Part shown: positions 28,975 to 39,422 of the stretch, piece by piece
How positions within the stretch are numbered: the stretch's first letter is position 1
How the letters are laid out: every line of letters begins with the position of its first letter
Source: Candidatus Krumholzibacteriota bacterium
GTDB lineage: Bacteria; Krumholzibacteriota; Krumholzibacteriia; LZORAL124-64-63
Length of the DNA: 64,000 nucleotides
Assembly: GCA_039714075.1 (NCBI GenBank)
Contig: JBDLKA010000003.1
Span: 1-64,000, forward strand
Direction of reading: 5' to 3'
Notes under the pieces: model-generated
Databases searched by the model: none
Told to the model about the DNA's origin: nothing
Seen by the model: only the letters and a program-made list of their open reading frames with translations
Program-made: the position numbers and the translations under genes

Positions 28975-29638
28975 GAAATTCACCTTTCCCGGGCCCGGGC
29001 CGGGTCGGTCCTAAATCGGCGGGCCGGTCGAAATCACGGTCGATCCCCGGATCTTCAACTTCCATTTCCACCGGTTCCGGCAGCCACCCCCGGAAAACCC
29101 CCTGGGCGATAAATTCGCGCAGCGGCCCCTGGTGGAATGATTCCCTGCGGTCCAATTCGGCCAGCACATCGTAGGGCAGGACGACAGGATGTCCAGGAAT
29201 ACCATCCCGGACGGGACGAAGGATCCGGGTGGGATGTTGGCGCGAGTTTTCCCATAGCAGATCAATGGTCCCGGCGGTGACCAGGGGCAGGTCGACAGGG
29301 TGGGCCCAGAAATGGGAACAGGGAGTCCGCGTTCGGCGGCAGGACCTCCAGGCCATCAACATGGTCAGGGCCGTGTCGCCTCCCGGAGGCGAAGGCAAAA
29401 CCCGACATTCCTCCTGCAAGGGAAGTTCCTTTTCATGGGCGACGCTGAGTTCGGCCAGGACCGGCACATCGACGGGAATCTTTTCCTTGAGATAGAGATC
29501 GGCAATGATCCGCACGAAAGCCGGGCCCGCGGAGGAAAACCGCAACAACCCCTTGGGCCCGCCCATGCGAACCCCCAGACCTCGTGCCATGATGACCGCG
29601 CGGTCGGACCGGGGCGTACTCCTGCCGGCGGCTGTCAC
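28967..29638 (-). CDS. MocA/YgfJ-like Moco nucleotidyltransferase (NTP_transf_3)
   Basis: ARGLGVRMGGPKGLL, HPVDLPLV, GHPV, DFDRPAD; lies between yqeC and xdhC. Confidence 0.8.
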   Translation of the reverse strand: MTAAGRSTPRSDRAVIMARGLGVRMGGPKGLLRFSSAGPAFVRIIADLYLKEKIPVDVPVLAELSVAHEKELPLQEECRVLPSPPGGDTALTMLMAWRSCRRTRTPCSHFWAHPVDLPLVTAGTIDLLWENSRQHPTRILRPVRDGIPGHPVVLPYDVLAELDRRESFHQGPLREFIAQGVFRGWLPEPVEMEVEDPGIDRDFDRPADLGPTRPGPGKGEFHE

Positions 29639-30414
29639 GACTGGCCGTCCTCCTTGGCATAGGCGGTCCGGATGACCGGTTGGTCCTGCGCGAGATCACA
29701 GAACATGACCAGGGGCAGCCGCTCATGCCCCATGGCCTTGCCGACAAATTCGAACAGGCCGATGCTGTCGGGCTGCTCGTCCATGCCTGTCAAGGCCAGC
29801 ACGCACGGGATGTCGGCCGGGACCCGGGACAGGTATCCCTCAGGTTCGAGCAGCAGGGCCAGGCTGTGATCCCATTCCCAGACCGTCCACGGCTGGAGAT
29901 CATCCAGGGCCGGCCCTTCCAGACGGCCGAACCGGTGTAGGACGTCTGCGGTCTTCGCACCGACGGCGGCCGTCCCCATCACGACTATTCCCAGGGAAGT
30001 CCGGCCGGGCCAGACCGGTTCTCCATCGCGGTGAAGCTTCAAGGGAAGTTTGGCCGCCCCGTCCACCTCGGCCAGAACGAGTCGGTCCGGCAGGGATCCG
30101 CCCAACCCGTCCACCTCAGCGGGCGACAGTCCGGCCCATTTCCCGTCAGGTAAAAGGCCGCCGTGAAGAAAAAATGCCTCCGGAAGATCGGCCCCGTCCA
30201 GGGAAGCCAACGTCGACAATTCCACGGCCTCCAGACCGGGCAAAGGCTCACTCCTGGTGGTTGTCGTCAGAACGACAGGCACGGAAATACCCACGTAGAA
30301 ATCCGCCAGGACACGCATGAGGGAGGTTTTGCCTCCGGAGCCCATCAGGGCGACGACATGCCCCGCTTCACGGGGAAGAAACTGATGCCAGGGATCCACG
30401 AAACCGAAGTTCAA
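29635..30414 (-). CDS. yqeC: Selenium cofactor biosynthesis protein YqeC
   Basis: GSGGKTSL, LTTTTR, EVDGAAKLPLK-x-x-x-x-x-EPV. Confidence 0.88.
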   Translation of the reverse strand: MNFGFVDPWHQFLPREAGHVVALMGSGGKTSLMRVLADFYVGISVPVVLTTTTRSEPLPGLEAVELSTLASLDGADLPEAFFLHGGLLPDGKWAGLSPAEVDGLGGSLPDRLVLAEVDGAAKLPLKLHRDGEPVWPGRTSLGIVVMGTAAVGAKTADVLHRFGRLEGPALDDLQPWTVWEWDHSLALLLEPEGYLSRVPADIPCVLALTGMDEQPDSIGLFEFVGKAMGHERLPLVMFCDLAQDQPVIRTAYAKEDGQS

Positions 30415-31556
30415 GAGGTGCCTTTCCCGTTGGCTGTCACCAGTGTTTCGTACCAGTCGAGCAACCTGTCGATCATCAGGTCGCGGGTGAATTTTTCCTG
30501 GAAGCGCAGTCGGCCGGCCGCTCCCATTTCACGGGCTCTTTCCCTGTTCTCCAGGAGACCGCCCAGGGCCCGACCCAGGGCCTGGGAATCATTCGGCGGC
30601 ACCAGCAGGCAGGTGCGGCCTGGCTCACCTACCTCCCGGACGCCGGTGGGAAGATCCGAAGCCACCACGGGTACGCCCGCGGCCATGGCTTCCAGTTGCA
30701 CCAACCCGAAGGTTTCGCTGGCGTCAACGCTGGGCAGGACCAGGGCGCGGGCCCGCGCCAGGTATTCCGCGACCTCGGCGGCATCCTTGGGCCCGACAAA
30801 GTGAACCCTGCGGTCCAGCCCGGACCTGGCCACCGTTGCCTCCAGCGGAACCTGCAAAGGTCCTTCGCCGACAATGACCAGTTCAGCGCCGGGAAGATGG
30901 GACAATGCTTCCAGCAAAACTTCGAGGCCCTTGTAGGGCACCAGCCGCCCCACGAAGAGGAAGGGACCGTCGAGAGCCGGTTCCACCGCCAGCCAAGGAG
31001 CCGACTCGATACCGAAGGGAATGACGCCGACTTTATCCTGCCAGGGCGCCAGCACCGGAGAGTTCGCGCCCAGTGTCGCCGAAGAAACCGATATCCCCGC
31101 CGCCTGTTTCAGGCAGGCATTGACGAGGGGCCGGACCAGGTAACGACCCACCCTTTGCCGGGTGATGTCGGCGTGGTACCACACCGCCAGCGGTGGCAGA
31201 TCGCAGGAGCGATCGGCGCCCAGCGCCAACCAGGACGCCGCGGCCAAAGGGTTGGGCAGATGCAGGTGGACCAGGTGCGGATCCAACCGCGCGATTTCCC
31301 GCCGGATCAGCCCCGGCAGGGTGGGCGTCAGGGGCTGGGAATTGAAGTGTCCGTAAACCGAGGCCCTCACCAGACGTCCGCCCCGGCCCGTGGCTGAACC
31401 ACCCACCTCTTCGATGACCTCCACGGGTCCGTCCCCGGCGCTCAGGACGGTCACCCGGCAGTCCCGGTCCAACAGCCCTTCGGTCAGATTCCGCAGAACG
31501 GTTTCCATCCCGCCCAGGTAGGGCGGATAGTATTTCCCGATGTGGAGAATTCTCAT
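30411..31556 (-). CDS. GT4 glycosyltransferase
   Basis: KYYPP-x-x-GGME, HLHLPNP, FVGRLVPYKG, ETFGLVQLEAMAAG. Confidence 0.92.
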   Translation of the reverse strand: MRILHIGKYYPPYLGGMETVLRNLTEGLLDRDCRVTVLSAGDGPVEVIEEVGGSATGRGGRLVRASVYGHFNSQPLTPTLPGLIRREIARLDPHLVHLHLPNPLAAASWLALGADRSCDLPPLAVWYHADITRQRVGRYLVRPLVNACLKQAAGISVSSATLGANSPVLAPWQDKVGVIPFGIESAPWLAVEPALDGPFLFVGRLVPYKGLEVLLEALSHLPGAELVIVGEGPLQVPLEATVARSGLDRRVHFVGPKDAAEVAEYLARARALVLPSVDASETFGLVQLEAMAAGVPVVASDLPTGVREVGEPGRTCLLVPPNDSQALGRALGGLLENRERAREMGAAGRLRFQEKFTRDLMIDRLLDWYETLVTANGKGTS

Positions 31557-31721
31557 GGGCGAAGTCTAGGGCATGGCACTGCGGCGGTCAAAGTTCCTTC
31601 CGCAGGCGGGTCTTGTTGAACATCACATTTCTATTTAACCTGATAGTGACAGGCGACCGTCTCCGTACCGGCCTGAATGGCTGCAAATCCGGTCGCCGGG
31701 AGGATGCGAAAGGGGATCCTC

Positions 31722-32441
31722 ATGCGGCAGAACATCACTGAAATGCTGATCCAGCGCCAGATCAACCACTGGAACCGGTTCCGTGAATTCCTCAAGGACG
31801 AGCAGGACGAGGAACCACCCAGGCCGGGCCCGGTCCTGACCGTATCGAGGATGGCCGGCAGCGGCGGGCGCACCCTGGCGGTCGGCCTGGCGGAACGTCT
31901 GAACCTCACCCTGCAGGACCAATCCCTGGTGGACCGCATCGCCCGCGACCGCAACCTGGAAAGATCGGTGGTCGCCCAGCTGGACGAAGGCGCCATCAAC
32001 CAGGCGGAACTCTGGATCAAGGGCGTTCTGAATCGGCGGATCTTCATGAAGGACGAATACCACACGTCCCTGGTCAAGATCGTGACCAACCTCGCGGCGG
32101 GCGGCGACGTGGTGTTCCTGGGCCGGGGCGCCCACCTGATCCTGGGCGACAAGGCGGCCTTGCGCATCCGGGTGGTCGCCTCCCGGGGAACGCGCCTGGC
32201 CAACATCATGAACCGGGCGGGGCTGAGCCGGCCGGAGGCCCGCGCCCTCCTGGATGAAACCGACCGCAAACGCGAGGATTTCATCCGCAAGGTTTTCAAG
32301 GTGGATCCGGACGATCCGAAAAATTTCGACCTCGTCCTCAATGCCGACCGCATCGGGCCCGAGTGCATGCTGGAAACGGTGAGCCTGGCCCTGATCGGCG
32401 CCCGCACCGGCGACCGGGCCGAAATGCCCAGCCGGGTCTAG
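31722..32441 (+). CDS. Cytidylate kinase-like family protein
   Basis: LTVSRMAGSGG, VVFLGRGAH, DRKREDF, FDLVLN. Confidence 0.85.
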   Translation: MRQNITEMLIQRQINHWNRFREFLKDEQDEEPPRPGPVLTVSRMAGSGGRTLAVGLAERLNLTLQDQSLVDRIARDRNLERSVVAQLDEGAINQAELWIKGVLNRRIFMKDEYHTSLVKIVTNLAAGGDVVFLGRGAHLILGDKAALRIRVVASRGTRLANIMNRAGLSRPEARALLDETDRKREDFIRKVFKVDPDDPKNFDLVLNADRIGPECMLETVSLALIGARTGDRAEMPSRV

Positions 32442-32461
32442 AGCGAAAGCGGCCGCCCATG

Positions 32462-32501
32462 AAAAACCCCTCCGGTCCCTGGGGACCGGAGGGGTCGTTT
32501 T
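32462..32501. terminator. Bidirectional intrinsic terminator (cmk-like / groEL)
   Basis: Stem ACCCCTCCGGTCCC / GGGACCGGAGGGGT flanked by A5 and T4. Confidence 0.85.
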
Positions 32502-32545
32502 ACCGGCGCGGATGGGAGCCGGGTCGGAACAGCAGCCTTTGACGG

Positions 32546-34246
<1,701 letters not shown>

Positions 34247-34270
34247 TCATGAATTCTTCGTTTACGCCAT

Positions 34271-34318
34271 CGGGACTTGGTCCGGGATTTGGTCCGGGAC
34301 TTGGCCCGGGACTTAGCC
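34271..34318. repeat. Tandem repeat, 4 copies of 12 bp (CGGGACTTGGYC), overlapping the groES stop codon
   Basis: Units: cgggacttggtc, cgggatttggtc, cgggacttggcc, cgggacttagcc. Confidence 0.9.
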
Positions 34319-34603
34319 CAGGATGGCCAGCACGTCGCTCTCGCGCAGGATCAGGTAGTCCTCGCCGCTCACGTTCACTTCGGTGCCGGAATACTTTCCG
34401 TACAGAACGATGTCGCCCTTCTTCACCTCGGGGGCGACCCTCTCACCGCTGTCACTGGTGGAACCGGGGCCGACGGCCATGATTTTGCCCTGCTGGGGCT
34501 TTTCCTTGGCGGTATCGGGGATGATGATCCCGCCCTTCATGGTTTCCTGCTCCATGGGAGCCACGATGACACGGTCAGCCAGGGGCTTGATATTGAGAGC
34601 CAT
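34313..34603 (-). CDS. groS: Co-chaperonin GroES
   Basis: [29 protein letters not shown]. Confidence 0.99.
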   Translation of the reverse strand: MALNIKPLADRVIVAPMEQETMKGGIIIPDTAKEKPQQGKIMAVGPGSTSDSGERVAPEVKKGDIVLYGKYSGTEVNVSGEDYLILRESDVLAILG

Positions 34604-34661
34604 CCTTAATCCTCCATTCAAGCTGGTTGAGCCAGCGTTCTATGTTGCGGCCGAAAGCGCA

Positions 34662-34688
34662 TTGGCAGTCTCGGCCTTTGAGTGCTAA
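34662..34688 (-). promoter_or_regulatory. CIRCE element (HrcA operator)
   Basis: Minus strand TTAGCACTC-N9-GACTGCCAA against consensus TTAGCACTC-N9-GAGTGCTAA, upstream of groES. Confidence 0.9.
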
Positions 34689-34697
34689 TGGATGCGG

Positions 34698-34725
34698 AAT
34701 ATAGACCATCCACAAGGACCCGCAA
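34698..34725 (-). promoter_or_regulatory. sigma70-type promoter of groESL
   Basis: TTGCGG-N16-TATATT immediately upstream of CIRCE. Confidence 0.6.
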
Positions 34726-34792
34726 GGATTTTAGGAGTAAAACGTGGAGAAAATGAATTAGCCTGGCAGGCCTGCCATTTTGACAGAAAAGA

Positions 34793-35563
34793 TTATCCGG
34801 CTGACAGAATCGCCCCGCCGCGGAGAGTCCAGTGGGCATCGAAATAGCTGCCGGGAATATCAAGATAAGACCCCAGGCCGCCCGTCACGACCACCGGGAT
34901 TTCCCCGTAACGCCCTTTCAAACCGGAGACAACCACCTGCACGCCGCCGCGGCCCGCGTGCCAGGCTCCTGCGCCCATGGCGGACTCCGTGTCCCGGCCG
35001 ACATCCCAGGTTGCGGGACCGAAAGGCACGGGATCCAGCCGGGCGGCGACCTCCCCGATCTGCCGGGCGGCGAAGGCCATGCCCGGGGCGATCATTCCAC
35101 CGACAAAAACGCCGTCCAACAGGATATCGAAAGTCGTGGCCGTACCGGCATCCACGACCAGGGCGTCGGCAAGGCCGGCGGACACGGCGGCGGCCATGTT
35201 GCACAGGCGATCCGGCCCCACCCGGGAGATATCGGCGACATCATGGGTAAACGGCAGAACGCTGTTATGATCCACCACCACCAGACCCGCCTGATCCGCC
35301 AGCAATTCCACGATCCGCGGGATGACGGAGATCAGGACCACCCGGGGAGCTCCTGCCTTGCGGTGCCGTTCCTGGAACGACTCCAGAAAGGCCGCCTCGC
35401 CCCCGGGAGCGGACGGGTGGCTGAGATCGCCCAGTTCCCGCAGCGGGACCGGTGGCGCCAGTTCGGTTCCATCGCCGGCGGACAAAACGGGCAGTTGCCC
35501 GTCACCATCCCAGGCCACGCAGGCAATCCGGCTGTTTCCGGCATCAACTATCAGGGATTTCAT
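34793..35563 (-). CDS. coaX: Type III pantothenate kinase
   Basis: VDAGNS, VGPDR, VDAGTATTFD, GGMIAPG, VVTGG. Confidence 0.92.
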   Translation of the reverse strand: MKSLIVDAGNSRIACVAWDGDGQLPVLSAGDGTELAPPVPLRELGDLSHPSAPGGEAAFLESFQERHRKAGAPRVVLISVIPRIVELLADQAGLVVVDHNSVLPFTHDVADISRVGPDRLCNMAAAVSAGLADALVVDAGTATTFDILLDGVFVGGMIAPGMAFAARQIGEVAARLDPVPFGPATWDVGRDTESAMGAGAWHAGRGGVQVVVSGLKGRYGEIPVVVTGGLGSYLDIPGSYFDAHWTLRGGAILSAG

Positions 35564-36509
35564 CGCCATTCCCGTCTTCCGCGGCCACATTCTCTCCCGC
35601 GGAATGCTCCCCTTTGTCCAGGACGGCCTCCAGGTGAACGTCTCCCGCACTGAAGATCGCGGTCCGCCCCTGGTCGTCCTCCAGCAGCAGGGCACCATGG
35701 TCATCGATGCCGGCGGCCCGGCCCCAGTGGTCCCGCCCCCCGGAAACGAGATGGATCTGTTGACCCAGCAGACAGTCCAGGTAGGAAAGGGCGGGACGGT
35801 ATTTCGACCAGCCGCTTTCCTGGAACGAGTCCAGCTCGTGCTCCACCCTGGAGATGATCCGCCCCCCCACTTCGCCGGGCCGCAACAGGTGATCCGTTTC
35901 GATCAGGGTGCTGGTGGCCGCCCCCTGCAGGTCGGAAGGGAAACCGCTGCGCGGCGTGCTCAGGTTCAGACCCAGGCCCGCAACCACCATTTTCTCTTGG
36001 CCGGAGCGGGTGTTTTCCAAAAGGATTCCTCCCAGCTTTCGCCCCCCTACCATGATGTCGTTGGGCCATTTCAAGCGGGCGTCAACCAGGAAGTCCTCGC
36101 GCAGGACCAGAACCGACAGCAGCCCCAACCAGACCGAAAAGCCCTGGACGAACGAGGCCCGGTGGGGCGGCACAACCACCGACAGGTGCAGACCGCCGCA
36201 ATCCACCCAGGTGCGTCCCTGCCGTCCCTTGCCGGCGAATTGTCGCCGGGCCACCACGACGGTCCCGGGTTTGGGATCGGCGACAGGGTCCAGCAATGTC
36301 CGCTGCTGGGCCTGCCAACCCCATCGTTCCCACCGGCAAACCCGGCCCTGGGCAGGATCGCCGCGACCCCGCAGGAATTCGCTGGTGCTGCCCACTTCAT
36401 CCAGGAGATACAGCACACCGCTGTCGCGGAGAAACCGCGGCCCCACCTGGAAGGCATCCAGCCCGAACCAGTCCCTGGCCACCGGCTTGTTACGGAACAG
36501 GCGTTTCAT
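35544..36509 (-). CDS. birA: Biotin-protein ligase without HTH domain
   Basis: Q-x-AGKGRQGRTW, LKWPND, KLGGILLE, GLGLN, GIDDHGALLL, AGDV. Confidence 0.9.
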   Translation of the reverse strand: MKRLFRNKPVARDWFGLDAFQVGPRFLRDSGVLYLLDEVGSTSEFLRGRGDPAQGRVCRWERWGWQAQQRTLLDPVADPKPGTVVVARRQFAGKGRQGRTWVDCGGLHLSVVVPPHRASFVQGFSVWLGLLSVLVLREDFLVDARLKWPNDIMVGGRKLGGILLENTRSGQEKMVVAGLGLNLSTPRSGFPSDLQGAATSTLIETDHLLRPGEVGGRIISRVEHELDSFQESGWSKYRPALSYLDCLLGQQIHLVSGGRDHWGRAAGIDDHGALLLEDDQGRTAIFSAGDVHLEAVLDKGEHSAGENVAAEDGNGDEIPDS

Positions 36510-37378
36510 CGGGACTCCAGATCAAGGCCCAGGTCCAGGGCGGTGACCGAATGGGTCAGTCGTCCCACGGAAGCGGCGTCCACACCGGCCTGCGCGTATC
36601 CGGCGATCGTAGCAAGGGAAATATTGCCCGAGGACTCCAACAGGGTATCCACTCCCGATGCGTCCCTTTGCTGCACCGCCGCGGCCGTATCAGCCAGGTT
36701 GAAGTTGTCCAGCAGGACCCAATCCACCTGCAGGGGCAGGACCTGTTCCAACTGCTCCAGGGTGTCGACTTCGACCTCGACGGCCAGATGGGGGAATTCG
36801 CGCCGGGCACAGGCCACGATCCCTTCCACGTGTCCTTGGCCCGCGGCCCAGTGGTTGTCCTTGACCATGACCCTGTCGTAAAGGCCCATCCGGTGGTTGC
36901 TGCCGCCCCCACAAAGCACCGCGTATTTGGACAGGGCCCGGTAACCGGGCAGGGTTTTACGGGTGTCGAGAACCCGGCAGGACGTGCCCGCGACCGCCGC
37001 CACGTACCGGGCCGTCAAAGAGGCGATGCCGCCGAGAAACTGGAGAAAATTCAGGGCCGTGCGTTCGCCGGTCAGCAGGGAGGAAACCGGTCCTTCAAGA
37101 CGAGCCACGACCGCACCCTGTTTCACCGGTGTCCCATCGGTCACGATGCGCTCCACCCCCACCGTGGGATCCAACTCCCCGTACAACAGATCCAACAGGG
37201 GCAGGCCGGCCACCACACCCTCCTGGCGGGACACCAGGCTGCCGGCGCCGGTCTCCGTCGGGCTGACCGAAACCTGCGTGGAAACGTCCCCGGTTCCCAC
37301 ATCCTCGGCCAGGGCCTGCCGGATGAACTCCCTGAGGTTGTCGTCGGCCGGAAAAACGCTTTCCAGATCGTGTCCCAT
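36506..37378 (-). CDS. nadC: Quinolinate phosphoribosyltransferase
   Basis: ALAEDVG-x-GD, ERTALN, DTRKTLPG, HRMGL, KDNH, EVEV, LLDN. Alternative start at 37405. Confidence 0.96.
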   Translation of the reverse strand: MGHDLESVFPADDNLREFIRQALAEDVGTGDVSTQVSVSPTETGAGSLVSRQEGVVAGLPLLDLLYGELDPTVGVERIVTDGTPVKQGAVVARLEGPVSSLLTGERTALNFLQFLGGIASLTARYVAAVAGTSCRVLDTRKTLPGYRALSKYAVLCGGGSNHRMGLYDRVMVKDNHWAAGQGHVEGIVACARREFPHLAVEVEVDTLEQLEQVLPLQVDWVLLDNFNLADTAAAVQQRDASGVDTLLESSGNISLATIAGYAQAGVDAASVGRLTHSVTALDLGLDLESR

Positions 37379-37404
37379 GTCAGTCCCTCGCCGTTTGTCC
37401 GCCA

Positions 37405-39414
37405 TCACTGATCCGCACCGATGCCCCACTGGGCCTTCAAGTCTTCTATCCTGTCCCGCAACGCGGCAGCCTTCTCGAATTCCAGGTCCTTGGCCGCCGT
37501 CGCCATGGCCTCTTCCAGCATGGTCACCATCTGCCGGGGAGACAAGTCCTGATCGACCACGGCCTCCCAGGGCCGCGGATCCTCGGGAGCGGTTTCCAGG
37601 CCCCGGTCGCCGGCCGCGACGGTCGACTGGAGGATTTCCTCCCGGCTTTTCGTGATGGTCCGGGGCACCAGACCGTGCTCCTGGTTCCAGGCCAACTGCC
37701 GCCGGCGCCTCCGTTCGGTTTCATCCATCGCCAGTTTCATGGAGCGGGTGATCCGGTCCGCATACATGACAACTTCGCCGTTGACGTTCCTGGCCGCACG
37801 TCCGGAAGTCTGGATGAGGCTGCGCTCGGACCTGAGGAAACCTTCGCGATCCGCATCCAGAATGGCCACCAGCGACACCTCGGGCAGATCGAGTCCCTCG
37901 CGCAGGAGATTCACGCCGACCAGGACATCACTTTCCCCCAGGCGGAGCTTCCGCAGGATTTCGATCCGGTCCAGGGCCGAAATATCCGAATGGAGATAAG
38001 TCACCTTCACCCCGGCCTGCGCCAGATAGTCGGTGAGATCCTCCGACATCTTCTTCGTCAGGGTGGTGACCAGGACTCGTTCACCCCTGGCGGCCACGAC
38101 CCGGATCCTCTCCAGAAGATCGTCGACCTGATGGCGCACCGGCAGCACCGTCACCGGCGGATCCACCAGACCCGTGGGCCTGATCACCTGCTCCACCACC
38201 ACGCCCCCGCATTTTTCCAGTTCGTAGTCCGCCGGGGTGGCGGAAACGAAAACGGTCTGGGGCATGACCTCTTCGAACTCTTCGAATTTCAGGGGCCGGT
38301 TGTCCAGCGCGCTCGGCAGGCGGAAGCCGTGTTCCACCAAGCTCGCCTTGCGGGACCTGTCCCCGTGGTACATGGCCCCGATCTGGGGGATCGATGCATG
38401 GGATTCGTCGATGATCATAAAAAAATCTTCCGGGAAGTAGTCCAACAGGCAGGCGGGACGCTCGCCTTCCCGGCGATTGTCGAAGTACCGCGAATAGTTT
38501 TCCACGCCCGCGCAATGCCCGATCTGCTGGATCATTTCCATGTCGTAGCGGGTGCGGGAGGCCAGCCTTTGCGCCTCCAGCGGCTTGCCCAACTCGTCCA
38601 ATTCCCCCAGCCGGGTTTCCAGGTCCCTGCCGATGGCGTCCACCACCTTGCCGATGCCCCCCTTGTCGGTGACGAACTGCGTGGCCGGAGAAACGACGGC
38701 GTTGTCGGCTGCCCCGAGGGCCCGTCCGGTCAACGGTTCGATCCAGGTCAGGGCCTCGATCTCGTCACCGAAAAATTCAACCCGCAGGACCCTTTCCTCG
38801 AAAGCGGAACGGATCTCCACCGTGTCCCCGCGAACCCTGAAGGTCCCGAATCCGTATTCGTGGTCGCTGCGCCCGTAACCCATCTCCACCATGCGGCCCA
38901 GGAGTTCATCCCGGTCGATCTCCAGGCCGACCCGCAGGGCGACCATGCTGTCCTTGAAGGTTTTCGGATTGCCCACGCCGTAGATCGCCGAAACGCTGGC
39001 CACCACGATGACGTCCCGCCGGGCCAGCAGGCTGCTGGTCGCGCGCAGCCGCAGGCGCTCGATCTCGTCGTTGATGCTGGTGTCCTTCTCGATGTAGGTA
39101 TTGGTGGAAGGAATGAACGCTTCGGGCTGGTAGTAGTCGTAGTAGGAGATGAAAAACTCGACGGCGTTGTCGGGAAAGAAACTCTTGAGCTCCCCGTACA
39201 GCTGGGCCGCCAGGGTCTTGTTGTGGCTGAAGACGAGAGTCGGTTTTTCCAGCTGGGCAATGGTATTGGCCATGGTGAAGGTCTTGCCCGAGCCTGTCAC
39301 CCCCAGCAGGGTCTGGAACCGGGAACCCTTGCGGGCCTCGCGCACCAATTCGGCAATGGCCGCCGGCTGGTCACCGGTCGGCTGAAAAGGGGACACGAGG
39401 CGGAACAATCCCAT
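37405..39414 (-). CDS. uvrB: Excinuclease ABC subunit B
   Basis: PTGDQP, GVTGSGKT, YYDYYQPEA, DESH, NLLREGLD, C-terminal UVR domain. Confidence 0.98.
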   Translation of the reverse strand: MGLFRLVSPFQPTGDQPAAIAELVREARKGSRFQTLLGVTGSGKTFTMANTIAQLEKPTLVFSHNKTLAAQLYGELKSFFPDNAVEFFISYYDYYQPEAFIPSTNTYIEKDTSINDEIERLRLRATSSLLARRDVIVVASVSAIYGVGNPKTFKDSMVALRVGLEIDRDELLGRMVEMGYGRSDHEYGFGTFRVRGDTVEIRSAFEERVLRVEFFGDEIEALTWIEPLTGRALGAADNAVVSPATQFVTDKGGIGKVVDAIGRDLETRLGELDELGKPLEAQRLASRTRYDMEMIQQIGHCAGVENYSRYFDNRREGERPACLLDYFPEDFFMIIDESHASIPQIGAMYHGDRSRKASLVEHGFRLPSALDNRPLKFEEFEEVMPQTVFVSATPADYELEKCGGVVVEQVIRPTGLVDPPVTVLPVRHQVDDLLERIRVVAARGERVLVTTLTKKMSEDLTDYLAQAGVKVTYLHSDISALDRIEILRKLRLGESDVLVGVNLLREGLDLPEVSLVAILDADREGFLRSERSLIQTSGRAARNVNGEVVMYADRITRSMKLAMDETERRRRRQLAWNQEHGLVPRTITKSREEILQSTVAAGDRGLETAPEDPRPWEAVVDQDLSPRQMVTMLEEAMATAAKDLEFEKAAALRDRIEDLKAQWGIGADQ

Positions 39415-39422
39415 GGCGGCCC

